Positions 26,509 to 37,527 are shown, numbered from the stretch's first letter. The stretch is 64,000 bases of DNA from Planctomycetota bacterium (GCA_965223545.1 OZ245006.1:608001-672000); one strand, 5' to 3'. The notes: a model not told the origin generated them from the sequence alone. Program-made: numbers and translations.

Positions 26509-28086
26509 TCAGTAGCTGCGCGCGAACAGCCGCGCCCGCTGCGCCTCGGCGACCCAGCGCTCACGCTCGGGCCCCTGGTCCATCATCTCGGCGGCGACCA
26601 CAGCGTCGTCCACCCGGCCGGTGCGCAACGCCACGCGGATCGCTGCCGGCAGGATCCGGCGCCGGTCCTCGGGCTGGCTCAGCGGGTCGAACGAGACCAC
26701 GCCGGCGATGAAGTCGTGCAGGGCCCGATCCTTGCGGAACAGCTCGAACCGCGTGTGGCCGTGGGTCGCCTCGCGGCCGGGACGCTTGCCGTAGCTGCAG
26801 AACGCCTCGACCCCCTGGCCGAAGTACTCGGCCTCGTTGTTGGCGGCGTAGTAGTCCAAGCAGAGATCGTCCCGCATCGCCACCTCGTAGAGCTCGGTGA
26901 TCCGCAGCCGCTGGCTGCGCGGGAACGCATAGAGGTGGGCCTGGTGCGCGATCTCGTGCACCAGCGTGTCGAAGCCGAACAACAGCACGTCGTCGAGCGA
27001 CTCGATGCCGGTCGCCGCCCGCAGACCGCCGATGCCGCGCACGTCGTCCCACAGCCGGCCGTCGAACGTGTGCTTTCCGCGCAGCATCGCGCGCGCCGGA
27101 TCCGCCGTCGTGCGCTCCAGCTCCGCCAGCAAGTCGTGGCGCCCACCCATGGCCACCAGCCGCGGCATCGCCGCCGCGAACGTGCCCATGGCGCGCGCCG
27201 CGACGCGCTGGCGCACCGGGTCGAGGTCGGCATAGGCCGGCATGAACTTCGCGACCCACAACCCCGAGACCTCCGGCACCGGCAGCGCCGCCGCCAGCGC
27301 GCGAAACTCGGGGCTATCGACCGCCACCGTGGCCTCGGCCTTGCGCCGCAGCAGCGCCTCGCCGAGCAATCGATGCACCACCGCGTGACCCAGGTGCTCG
27401 TCGAGAACCGCGCGAAACAAGCCGACCGCGCCGTCGAAGTCGCGGGCCCGCAATGCCGCGACGCCGGCGGCGAGGCCATCCGGCAGGACTCCCTCCGCGG
27501 TCAGCGGACTCAGCCCCGATCCCAATCGGATGTGCGCCTCGGCATGCAGTGGGTCGTGGCGCAGCACTTCCTCGTAGGCCGCCGCGGACTCCGCGATGCG
27601 CTGCACGCGAAACAGCGCCGACGCCCGCGCCGCCCAGAGCTCGGCCCCGGCCGGCGACGCCGCGTCGAGCAGCCGAGCCGACTCCTCGACGGCGCGGGCG
27701 AAGCGCCGCTGGCGGAGCAGCGCGCGCACCAGGAGCGCCGCCGCCCGCTGATCGCCGGGAGCAACCTCCAGCGCCGCCTCCGCGTACGCCACCGCCAGCT
27801 CGGGCGCGGCCATCTTGAGATGCACCTCGCCGAGACCGAGCAACCCCGCCGGATGTCCCGGCGCCCGGGCCCGCAGCTGGCGAAATGCGCGCAGCGCGCC
27901 CACCACGTCCTCGCGCTCGAGCAGGTCACGCCCCACCACCGACAGATGGCGGACGTCGCCACCGGCGGCTTCGGCGCGGGGCGCGGGGCTCTGGCCGGCC
28001 ACCGGCCCGAGCGCCAGCCACCCGACCACCAGCGACCACGGCCAGCGCGTCCGCCGTGGTGGCCTGCTTCCCCGCCCCGGATTCAT
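26509..28086 (-). CDS. Secreted TPR protein with C-terminal zincin (HEXXH) domain
   Basis: Signal peptide; TPR repeats; LVHEIAH followed by YAANNEAEYFGQGVEAF (lethal-factor/MtfA-like third-ligand motif). Confidence 0.8.
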   Translation of the reverse strand: MNPGRGSRPPRRTRWPWSLVVGWLALGPVAGQSPAPRAEAAGGDVRHLSVVGRDLLEREDVVGALRAFRQLRARAPGHPAGLLGLGEVHLKMAAPELAVAYAEAALEVAPGDQRAAALLVRALLRQRRFARAVEESARLLDAASPAGAELWAARASALFRVQRIAESAAAYEEVLRHDPLHAEAHIRLGSGLSPLTAEGVLPDGLAAGVAALRARDFDGAVGLFRAVLDEHLGHAVVHRLLGEALLRRKAEATVAVDSPEFRALAAALPVPEVSGLWVAKFMPAYADLDPVRQRVAARAMGTFAAAMPRLVAMGGRHDLLAELERTTADPARAMLRGKHTFDGRLWDDVRGIGGLRAATGIESLDDVLLFGFDTLVHEIAHQAHLYAFPRSQRLRITELYEVAMRDDLCLDYYAANNEAEYFGQGVEAFCSYGKRPGREATHGHTRFELFRKDRALHDFIAGVVSFDPLSQPEDRRRILPAAIRVALRTGRVDDAVVAAEMMDQGPERERWVAEAQRARLFARSY

Positions 28087-28198
28087 CCGGTTCTGTTCAT
28101 CGGGAACCAGTGGGGCGTCGCAAGAGTTCGCATGGAAAGTCCGCGCCCCTGGACGGCGCTCGCGGTGCAAGAGCCGTGGCGATTTCCGCCAGAACGCG

Positions 28199-29290
28199 CT
28201 ACCGCGGGCGGCCCAGCACCCGGATCTCGAGCACGTCCAGCTCGCGCACCCGGTCCCCGGACGGCCGCGCCTTGCCACCGCGCAAGCCCAGCTCGAAACC
28301 GTCGTACATCGACAGGTCGTAGCGCCCACTGCTGCAAGTCACGACAAACATCAACTTGCCGCCCTTCTCCAGGGTGAAGTAGTCGCCGGAACGGACACTG
28401 CGGTGCAGCCGCAGCCAACCGATGGCGTCGAACTCGTCGCGCGGGTCCTCGACCTTCGGCGGCAGGATCTCCGCCGCCTCGTCGCGGGTCGGCAGCGGCT
28501 CGACCACCGCGTTGAGCGCCCGCACGACCAGCTCCTGCCGCTCGATCTCGCCGACCAGGGTCCGCGCGCGCAAGGCCAGCGGACCGTCGTCGTCGAGGCT
28601 CGCCGCCAAGGCCTTGACGTCCGCCAACAGCGGGCCGTAGGTCTGCTCGGCGGTCGGCTTTTGCTGCTCGCCGTCGAACCGCTGCACGAACCCGTCGAGC
28701 TCCAGCTCCTGGGCGGCGCGCCGCTCGGCGGCGGCAGCCGCCGCGGCCCGCTCCTCCACGGCCGTGCGCCACTCCGCGCGGCGCTGGGCGTCGAACTCCC
28801 GGTAGCCGTCGACCAGCGCCTGGGTCTGGGTGTCGAAGACCACCACGTCGGCGTCGGCAACGTAGGCGGGTGCGCCGGCGTGCCGCACTTTCCACCAATC
28901 GCCGGCGTCCGCCATCAGCATCAGCTCGGTCCCCTTGGGCAGCACCATCGCCGGCACCTCCGACGACTTCGCCCGGTAGCGGAACGAGACGTTGCTGCCG
29001 GTCGTCAACACGACGCCGTCGACGGGCTCGCTGCTGAACTTCTTGTGGACGTAGCCGGTGGCTCCCAACGGCAGCAGCAGGCGACGGTAGTCACCGACCT
29101 TCTCGCCGACCTGCACCACGGTGTCGGCGGGAAGCAAGTCGTCGTACGACGGCGACTTCGGCCCCGCGAAACAACGCGCCTGCACCTCGTTGAGCACTTT
29201 CGCGTAACTGATGGCCGGCTCGGCCGGATCCTGCGCGCTCGGTGCCGGCGCGAACAGCAGCGCCAGCACAACAGCTCGTGTCGCGTTCAT
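28199..29290 (-). CDS. Secreted protein with two bacterial SH3-like domains and a coiled coil
   Basis: RBS GGGAGG; signal peptide; GSNVSFRYRA...LPKGTEL...GDWWKV..PAYV, plus a similar upstream domain (GDYRRL..TGYVHKKF). Confidence 0.7.
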   Translation of the reverse strand: MNATRAVVLALLFAPAPSAQDPAEPAISYAKVLNEVQARCFAGPKSPSYDDLLPADTVVQVGEKVGDYRRLLLPLGATGYVHKKFSSEPVDGVVLTTGSNVSFRYRAKSSEVPAMVLPKGTELMLMADAGDWWKVRHAGAPAYVADADVVVFDTQTQALVDGYREFDAQRRAEWRTAVEERAAAAAAAERRAAQELELDGFVQRFDGEQQKPTAEQTYGPLLADVKALAASLDDDGPLALRARTLVGEIERQELVVRALNAVVEPLPTRDEAAEILPPKVEDPRDEFDAIGWLRLHRSVRSGDYFTLEKGGKLMFVVTCSSGRYDLSMYDGFELGLRGGKARPSGDRVRELDVLEIRVLGRPR

Positions 29291-29483
29291 CGGTCCTCCC
29301 AGGATGTCGTTGCCCAGTCCGGTGGCGCGGCCCCCGGCCAGACCGCCGGCAGCACCCCCACCGCGCGCATGATAGTTGCCCGCCCCACCCCGACCCACCC
29401 CTTTTGTCGTGGAACCGGGCGGCGGGCGCGCCGCCCCGGGCCGCTGCTGGGCGCCGGCGCCGCCAACCGATACAAGTGGGGTG

Positions 29484-29927
29484 ATGCCACGCCTTGCCGC
29501 CCTCCTCCTGCTGCCGCTGCTCGCCGGCTGCACCTACCTGTCGGGCGACCCACACGTGATGGTGACCAGCACCCCGGCCGGCGCCGAGATCCTGCTCGAC
29601 GGCCAGCCCACCGGCCGCACCACCCCGGCCAAGCTCGAGCTCGGCGGCATGCTCGGCGGCAACCACCGCATCAGCCTGCGCAAGCGAGGCTACGCGCCCG
29701 AGACCCGCGAGGTCTTGCACTACAGCACCGGCTACACCTCGCGCTGGGTCGACGGTGTGGCCGACGTGACGCTGCCGGCGTTTCCGCTGTTCTGGACGTT
29801 CGGTGACATGGTGACTCCGTTCGCGCGCCGCTGGCAGTACGTGCCCCACGAGCTGCACGTGCGATTGTACGAGGAGGGGACGCAGCCGGTCAGCGCGGAC
29901 GACGGCGGCGATGCTCCGCCGCAGTGA
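29484..29927 (+). CDS. PEGA-domain lipoprotein
   Basis: Lipobox LLAGC; VTSTPAGAEILLDG..GRTTP; HRISLRKRGY. Confidence 0.85.
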   Translation: MPRLAALLLLPLLAGCTYLSGDPHVMVTSTPAGAEILLDGQPTGRTTPAKLELGGMLGGNHRISLRKRGYAPETREVLHYSTGYTSRWVDGVADVTLPAFPLFWTFGDMVTPFARRWQYVPHELHVRLYEEGTQPVSADDGGDAPPQ

Positions 29928-29930
29928 GCT

Positions 29931-30021
29931 GCCGGGAATCCTCGCGGCGACAACCTTTCCGAAGGCCCGCAGTCGTCAGCGCTTCGATACCGCAACGCCC
30001 GGACGCTCAACAGCACGGTCC
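29931..30021 (-). repeat. Diverged, inverted partial copy 4 of the palindromic repeat
   Basis: Minus strand reads GAGCGTCCGGGCGTTGCGGTATCGAA...CGGGCCTTCGGAAAGGTTGTCGCCGCG, aligning with 3222-3300; lies between convergent genes. Confidence 0.8.
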
Positions 30022-30036
30022 AGCGACCACAACTGG

Positions 30037-30456
30037 TTAGTTGCGGTCGTCCTCGAGGCGATCCCGCACGCCGCGCACGAACGCCAGCAGGTCATCGAGG
30101 TTCTGCTCAACGATGCCACGAAGGACTCGCGCGTCGACCACCAGGTAGCGATGGACGACAATGTTGCGGAAGCCGACGATCCGCTTCCACAGATCCACAC
30201 TCGCAGCATCGATCCAGCCGTCGGAAGCAACGAGACGGAACAACTCCCGATTCGTCCGCGGCTCACCCAGCCGCCGCTCGGCCACGATGATCGCCGCCAC
30301 GTCGATCGCGGCCTGGATCGCCGTCTGCAGGGTGTGTGCAACGAAGCCAAATTGGACCGGATCTGTCTCGATCGCCTCCGTATTGCCGTACCGGCGCAGA
30401 CGCTCCACCGCCTCGACAACATGCGCAGCATGCTTCTCGATCAGGCGCGCGTCCAT
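30037..30456 (-). CDS. hepT: HepT-like HEPN ribonuclease toxin (DUF86)
   Basis: FRNIVVHRY (RX4HXY); LQTAIQAAID; TGATG coupling to the upstream nucleotidyltransferase. Confidence 0.9.
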   Translation of the reverse strand: MDARLIEKHAAHVVEAVERLRRYGNTEAIETDPVQFGFVAHTLQTAIQAAIDVAAIIVAERRLGEPRTNRELFRLVASDGWIDAASVDLWKRIVGFRNIVVHRYLVVDARVLRGIVEQNLDDLLAFVRGVRDRLEDDRN

Positions 30457-30863
30457 CAAGCACCCCGCAGCAGGGTCCTGCGATATCGGTCGAGAATGGG
30501 CAGCAGATCCCAATACGCGTTGCGCGCGGCCACCTCGAACTCGATGCGCTCGCCATGATGGGCGTCCACCAGCAGGACCCCGTCGCGCAGCACACGGAAC
30601 AGAAGGTCCGGCGGGGCTCCGTTCGCGACGACGACGTCAACGTCACACTGCAACTCCTCCTCGAGATCGGCCTGTAGCTCGGCGATCGCAAGGAGGTCGT
30701 GGGTCGAAGGCTCCAGACAGTCCGCCAGCAGAATCGCGACATCTACATCGCTTCGCGGACCGGCATCGCCGCGAGCGCGGCTACCGAACAGCCACGCCGC
30801 CGCGAGGCCATCATGGCGGCCGAGCCGGTCCTTCACCGTGTCGACGACCAGAGATTCGTGCAC
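30456..30863 (-). CDS. mntA: MntA-like minimal nucleotidyltransferase antitoxin (type VII TA)
   Basis: LFGSRARG...SDVDVAI (GSX10DXD); VDVVV. Confidence 0.9.
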   Translation of the reverse strand: MHESLVVDTVKDRLGRHDGLAAAWLFGSRARGDAGPRSDVDVAILLADCLEPSTHDLLAIAELQADLEEELQCDVDVVVANGAPPDLLFRVLRDGVLLVDAHHGERIEFEVAARNAYWDLLPILDRYRRTLLRGA

Positions 30864-30921
30864 GACCTCGAATGATAGCGACAGATCCGCCCCGGGGCGC
30901 GCAACGATTGTCGACGAGGCC

Positions 30922-31158
30922 TCAGGTCTCGCTGCGCGCCGCCTTGAGCGTGCGCAGCGCGGCGATGCTGCCGCCCACGACCATCACGCCACCGATCACC
31001 GCCAGGGTGGGCATCGCGTCGGAGTCCGGAAACACGACGGTCACGATTGCCGCCACGGCAGCTCCGATCGCCACGACCGTACAGCTGAGGTAGAAGCCGA
31101 TCAGGCCGGGCGACCAGGTGGTGGGTTCGCCGCGCATTCCGTTCGTGCCGTCAGTCAT
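30922..31158 (-). CDS. Small two-TM membrane protein
   Basis: Two hydrophobic helices; fills the gap between same-strand genes. Confidence 0.5.
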   Translation of the reverse strand: MTDGTNGMRGEPTTWSPGLIGFYLSCTVVAIGAAVAAIVTVVFPDSDAMPTLAVIGGVMVVGGSIAALRTLKAARSET

Positions 31159-31219
31159 CGACGCGCGCACCATACGGGGACCGCGGATGCCGCGCCAGTC
31201 AGCGGGGAGTCAGGGCCGG

Positions 31220-33265
31220 TCAGGGCAAGTATCGCGACAACCGCGCACCCAGCGAGGAGGCGACGAACGGCGGCAGCCGTGACCACAGCTGCTGCGGCAG
31301 CTTGAGTCTGGGATTGCTCGGGTGGAACTCGGGGATCGTCGCGCTCTCGTCGAGCAGCACGTACTCGTAGGCCAGTGGCTCGGGGACGAAGCCCATGTTC
31401 TTCTTGAACTTCGCCGGCCCGGTGTCGCGACGGCTCCGGCCGAAGTCGAAGGTGTGGAAGCCCCGCTCGACGGCCCACTGCATGATCATCGCGTAGATGA
31501 AGTCGTTGACGCCGGTACGGTTGACGTTGGGGCCGGTGCCGGAGTAGTAGGCGCAGAGCGTGCCGTTGAAGCTGAAGCTCATCACCGCGGCGAGTGCCCG
31601 CCCCTCCGGGTCGCGGGCAGCGTGGATCACCACCATCGAGCCGAACTCCTCGAGCAGAGCGGCGAACCACCGCCGCGGCAGCGACGGCGATCCCAGGCGG
31701 CGCTTGTTCCGCGCGAACAAGCCGTAGAACTCGTCGACATCGCGCGATTCGCTGACCTTCAGGTGAAAGCGGTCCCGCGCGCGCCGCACCTCGGCCCGCG
31801 CCTTCTTCGGGATCGCCGGCAACACCTGCTCCGGATCCGCCGGCAGCTCCTTGCGGAACGTCACGTACAGGCCGGATTGTGGCAGCTCGAGCCCACTCTG
31901 CTCCTGGTGGCGCAGCTCGACGTAGCGCGCGCCGGCCTCCCGGCCGTGCATGCGCGCGGCGCGCAGCAGCACCTCGTCCTCGTCGCCCCCACCGGAGAGC
32001 AAGCCGCCGTACACACCGTACGGCACGCTGAGCAAGTTGCGGCCCAAGAACGGACTCTTGGTCAAGAACAGCGGCAGACAACCGCGCCACTGCCGCCCCT
32101 GCTCCGCCACCAGATAGATCGGCGAGTGCCGGAACACGTCGTGCACGACCTTGCGCCAGCCCGACAGGTGAAAGAACGAGCCATCGGGGTGCTGGCGCAC
32201 GAACGCGTCCCAGCGCGCGTCCTCGCCGGGGAGCAGCTCGCGCACTCGCAACGGCTGGTCGTCGCTCGGCGCCGCGCTGACCACCGAGTCCGGCGTGAAG
32301 TCCTCCGCGCCGGCGACCTCGTCCTCGACGCGGAAGTCGCGCAGATTCCGCGCCTGCGTGAAGATGATGATCTCGCCGACCAGACCGAAGCCGATCAGCT
32401 GCACACCGAAGGCGATCAGGATCGCGCCGAGCACGAGCACCGGGTTCTCCGCCGAGCGCTCGGCGGAGATGTCGGTCGAGAATTTGTTCCACAAGGCGAT
32501 GCCGGCGAACACCGCGCCGACCAGCATCAGCAAGAGCCCCAGCATGCCGAAGAAGCGCAGCGGCCGCTGGGTGAACCGCGTCAAGAACGTGACCGCGAGG
32601 ATGTCCAGCGAGCGGCGCAGGTAGACGCCGAGCCCGTAGAACCCGTGCCGGCCCATCTCTTCGCGGTGCCGCACCTTCACCTCGACGGTGCGGAACCCCT
32701 GGCGCATCGCCAGTACCGGCAGGAACCGATACTGCTCCCCGTAGACGTTGACCTGCTCCAGCACGCGGCGGTGCATCCCGCGCACGCTGCTGTTGAGGTC
32801 GTGGAAGGACACGCCCATCAACAGTCCCATGGTCTTGTTGAACAGCTTGGACTGCAGCTGGTTGAGCCATGGGTCGACGCGCGGGTGCCGCCACGTGGCG
32901 ACGAACTCGGCGCCGTTCTCCAACGCGTGCACGATCTTGATGAGGTCGTCGGGCTCGGCCTGCAGGTAGGGCGGCACGTTGATGATGAACTCGCCGGCGG
33001 CGCGCTCGACGCCAGCCGACAGGGCGATCGACTCGCCGAAGCCGCCGCCCTGCAGCCGCACGACCTTGATCGGGTGGTTGTGGGCGCTATCGCGCAGCTG
33101 CTGCTCGACAGCGCCGGCGACACCGTCGAGCACGAAGACGAACTCGTGCGCCTGCCCGGCGCGCTGCATCGCTCCGCCGTAGCCGTCGACCAACGCGGCG
33201 ATGTCGGTCGAAGGACTCGACACCGGGATCACCAGTGACACCAACCGGTCCCCGCGCACGCTCAT
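31220..33265 (-). CDS. Degenerate GT2 (ArnC/GtrB-like) domain fused to FemAB-family (XrtA/PEP-CTERM-associated) GNAT domain
   Basis: ATG 33265 (ATGA overlap). GT2 part: VSLVIPV, GESIALSAG, RFLPVLA..GF..EVKVRH, two TMs. FemAB part: WDAFV..HP..SFFHL.GW, LSVPYGVYGG, YVELR, FDFGRS, FKKNMGF. Confidence 0.88.
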   Translation of the reverse strand: MSVRGDRLVSLVIPVSSPSTDIAALVDGYGGAMQRAGQAHEFVFVLDGVAGAVEQQLRDSAHNHPIKVVRLQGGGFGESIALSAGVERAAGEFIINVPPYLQAEPDDLIKIVHALENGAEFVATWRHPRVDPWLNQLQSKLFNKTMGLLMGVSFHDLNSSVRGMHRRVLEQVNVYGEQYRFLPVLAMRQGFRTVEVKVRHREEMGRHGFYGLGVYLRRSLDILAVTFLTRFTQRPLRFFGMLGLLLMLVGAVFAGIALWNKFSTDISAERSAENPVLVLGAILIAFGVQLIGFGLVGEIIIFTQARNLRDFRVEDEVAGAEDFTPDSVVSAAPSDDQPLRVRELLPGEDARWDAFVRQHPDGSFFHLSGWRKVVHDVFRHSPIYLVAEQGRQWRGCLPLFLTKSPFLGRNLLSVPYGVYGGLLSGGGDEDEVLLRAARMHGREAGARYVELRHQEQSGLELPQSGLYVTFRKELPADPEQVLPAIPKKARAEVRRARDRFHLKVSESRDVDEFYGLFARNKRRLGSPSLPRRWFAALLEEFGSMVVIHAARDPEGRALAAVMSFSFNGTLCAYYSGTGPNVNRTGVNDFIYAMIMQWAVERGFHTFDFGRSRRDTGPAKFKKNMGFVPEPLAYEYVLLDESATIPEFHPSNPRLKLPQQLWSRLPPFVASSLGARLSRYLP

Positions 33266-34269
33266 CGCGCCGCCTCCCGCACGGTGACGCTCACGCGCTG
33301 GCGAAAGAACCCCGAAGCCTTCATCTGCAGCTCGGCCAGGAAACCCAGCAGAGCGACGTTGATCGCAACGACCGCGGTCACCGCGGCACCGCTCATGTGC
33401 CAGGTGTCGAAGCCGGTGGCCACCAGCTGCCAGTTCTCGATCTTGAACCAGCCCGAGATGAAGAACACGGGCGCAGCGAAGAACAGCGGCGCCGACAGCA
33501 AGATGAACCACCGGATCGGATGCGCCGCGAACTGGATCAGCATCTTGATGACGACCAGGTCGGCCAGCACCCGGAAGATCCGGCCGAGCCCGTACTTGGA
33601 CTTGCCGAACCGGCGGGCGTGGTGGCGCACCGGCACTTCGGTGACCCGCGCGCCCAGGCCGGCGGCCAGCGCCGCGATGAAGCGGTGCATGTCGGAGTAC
33701 AGATCCAGGCTGCGCACGACCCAGAGCCGGTAGGCCTTGAGCGAGCAGCCCGTGTCGTGGATCGAAACCCCGGTGACCCAGGAGATCATCAGGTTGGCGA
33801 TGCGCGACGGCAGCAACCGGGTCACCAGCGCGTCTTTCCGGTCACGGCGCCAGCCGCAGACGATGTCGAAGCCCTGCTCGAGCCGCTCGATCATGCGCGG
33901 GATGTCGGCGGGGTCGTTCTGCAGGTCGGCGTCCATGGTGACCACCGCTGCGCCGGTCGCCCGCTCGAACCCGGCTGCCATCGCCGCGGTTTGCCCGTAG
34001 TTGCGACGAAACAGCACCACGCGCACCCGGCTGTCGTCAGCCGCCAGCGCCGAGAGCACGGCGCGCGAGCCGTCCGTACTGCCGTCGTCGACGAAGATCA
34101 GCTCGTAGCTGTCGCCATACGACTGCAGCGACCAGCTCAGCGATTCGTACAGAGCACCGAGAGACTCGACCTCGTTGTACACGGGGATCACCACGCTGAC
34201 CCCCGTGGTCGGCGTGACGTCTTTGGCTGGATGATCTCCAGCGCGGCCGTTTCGCGGCGTTGTGTTCAC
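33262..34269 (-). CDS. GT2 polyprenyl-phosphate glycosyltransferase (ArnC/DPM1-like)
   Basis: SVVIPVYNE, FVDDGSTD, RNYGQTAAM, MDADLQNDP, HDTGCSLKAYR, two C-terminal TMs. Confidence 0.93.
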   Translation of the reverse strand: MNTTPRNGRAGDHPAKDVTPTTGVSVVIPVYNEVESLGALYESLSWSLQSYGDSYELIFVDDGSTDGSRAVLSALAADDSRVRVVLFRRNYGQTAAMAAGFERATGAAVVTMDADLQNDPADIPRMIERLEQGFDIVCGWRRDRKDALVTRLLPSRIANLMISWVTGVSIHDTGCSLKAYRLWVVRSLDLYSDMHRFIAALAAGLGARVTEVPVRHHARRFGKSKYGLGRIFRVLADLVVIKMLIQFAAHPIRWFILLSAPLFFAAPVFFISGWFKIENWQLVATGFDTWHMSGAAVTAVVAINVALLGFLAELQMKASGFFRQRVSVTVREAAR

Positions 34270-34396
34270 AGCTGCTGTCGCCGAGTGTGCGGGGAGCCCC
34301 GCGTCAACATAGCGTCACGCCGCGACGAGCCCACCGCCAAACGGCATTGCCCGGCAGCTGCGCGCTCGGGGCCGGTGACGCTGCTGCACGCCCGTC

Positions 34397-34837
34397 TCAC
34401 GGGCTGGCCGCCACCCAGAGAAGCGCGGCGATGAGGGCGAGCAGCGCGACCCAAGCCGCCACCTGCCGCCAGGTACGCCACGCGCGCCGCCGATGGCCGG
34501 GCCCTTGCAGCAGCAAGCCGACCGCGTGATCGAGGTGGCGCTCGGCGGCGCGGTAGTCCCCCGCCGCCGCGACCTCGTGCATGGTGTGGACCATTCCCGG
34601 CAGGGCGTCGACCAACTGCGCGGGCGCCTCCAGAAAATCCTGCAGGCGGGGTCCCTTGAACTCGCGCACGAGCAACACGTCGCCGGCAGCGCCGGCCGGG
34701 GCCAACACGTCCTCGCCGCCGCCCACGACGAGCCGGAGCCCGCCCGACTCAGCGGTGTCCGCACAAGACGCACACGAAACGCCGCTCACTGGTTCCCCGC
34801 AACGGGGACACGGGGTCACATCGCGCGAGCTACTCAC
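34397..34837 (-). CDS. Hypothetical protein with N-terminal CxxC..CxxC and C-terminal TM
   Basis: CPRC...CASC; terminal VAAWVALLALIAALLWVA; start uncertain (GTG 34837 or 34819). Confidence 0.55.
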   Translation of the reverse strand: MSSSRDVTPCPRCGEPVSGVSCASCADTAESGGLRLVVGGGEDVLAPAGAAGDVLLVREFKGPRLQDFLEAPAQLVDALPGMVHTMHEVAAAGDYRAAERHLDHAVGLLLQGPGHRRRAWRTWRQVAAWVALLALIAALLWVAASP

Positions 34838-35007
34838 CGCATCATCTATCGGTCCCGCGGCCGGCACGCTTGAGGTGCGACAGCGCCATCGCCCCACGCC
34901 AACGCCAGTTGCGCAATCGCGCGGGACCGGTGGCCGACACCGCCCGACCACCGCCATTGCAACCGGCCTGGCAACGGCCAAGATCTGCAACCGACCCGCG
35001 CCTCCGA

Positions 35008-36069
35008 ATGGTCCGCCGCCTTCGCATCGCCGTCGTCGCCGACGGCCCCACCGAGCTTCCCGCGCTGCTGGGCCGCGCTCGTGCGCGCGCTCAGATCCGG
35101 CTGTTCCGCGACCTCTACGCCGAGGCGGAAGCCCTGCGCCGCTACCAACCCGCGGTGGTGTTCGTCGTGCTCGGCGAGATGGAACCGCAGGACGAGGGCG
35201 CGCTGCGCATGCTGCGCGCGTGGATGCCGGACACCGGCCTCGTCCTCGCCGGTGAGAGCCCGGATCTCGGTCTGCAGGCCATCGCGACACCGTTGCACGC
35301 CGCGGTCTTGCCCGCAGAGCCCAGCGTCGAACAACTCGACACCGCGCTGCAGGACGCCGAGACCAACGCCAACGGCGACGTGACCGCCAGCCTGATCGAT
35401 CTGGTGGGCGGTCTCTCCGACGAGATCAACAACCCGTTGATGGTCACCGCCGGCTACGTGCAGCTGCTCGAGAGCCGGCTGGCCGAGCTCGACCAAGATC
35501 ACGCGGCGCTGGCCGATCTGGTGCAGCAGATCAAGGCCGGGGTCGCCCGCGTGAGCGCGACGATGGACAAGGTCGCACTGCTGACGCGCGCCGCTGAAGC
35601 GGCCGCCCCGGAGGTCGTCGTCGACCTCGCGCCGCTGGTCGCCTCCGCGCTCGAGCAGCGGCAGGCCACAGCCGGCGATGAGCCCGATTTGCGGCTCGCC
35701 ACGCCGCTGCCGGAAAGCGTCGCCGTCCTCGGCCACGAAGCCCTGCTCCAGGCCATGGTCGGGCAGCTTTGCGCCTGCGGTGTCGGGCTCTTGGCCCCCG
35801 GCGGAATCGCGCACGTGGCACTGCTCCGCGAGGGGGTCGAGTGCGTGCTGGAGCTGCGGCTGTCGTCGACTACGGTCCCCAGTTGGCGCCTCGCCCGCAC
35901 CTTCGAGCCGTACTACCTGAGCCGCTTGCTGCGCGGCACGGCGGAGGGGCTCGGTCTGTTCCTGGTCCAGCTCGTGGCCCACGGCCACGGTGGACACGCG
36001 CGGGCCGAGTGGGCCACCGACGGCGGTGCCGCACTTCGCGTCACCCTACCGGCGGCAAAAACGGATTAG
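35008..36069 (+). CDS. Degenerate receiver-like + histidine-kinase-like protein (pseudokinase)
   Basis: H-box reads LSDEINNPL (Asp in place of His); F-box TFEPYY and G2 GLGL retained; N and G1 boxes not recognisable. Confidence 0.8.
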   Translation: MVRRLRIAVVADGPTELPALLGRARARAQIRLFRDLYAEAEALRRYQPAVVFVVLGEMEPQDEGALRMLRAWMPDTGLVLAGESPDLGLQAIATPLHAAVLPAEPSVEQLDTALQDAETNANGDVTASLIDLVGGLSDEINNPLMVTAGYVQLLESRLAELDQDHAALADLVQQIKAGVARVSATMDKVALLTRAAEAAAPEVVVDLAPLVASALEQRQATAGDEPDLRLATPLPESVAVLGHEALLQAMVGQLCACGVGLLAPGGIAHVALLREGVECVLELRLSSTTVPSWRLARTFEPYYLSRLLRGTAEGLGLFLVQLVAHGHGGHARAEWATDGGAALRVTLPAAKTD

Positions 36070-36135
36070 CCGGCGGCAGCGGCCGGTCGATACCTGCAGA
36101 ACGTCCATCTGTCTGGACGTGTTGGGCTCTTGCAC

Positions 36136-37527
<1,392 letters not shown>

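Noticed and set aside
30037..30863. MntA/HepT pair as part of a larger defence island or prophage
   Set aside because: Ordinary stand-alone type VII TA; no neighbouring defence, integrase or phage genes
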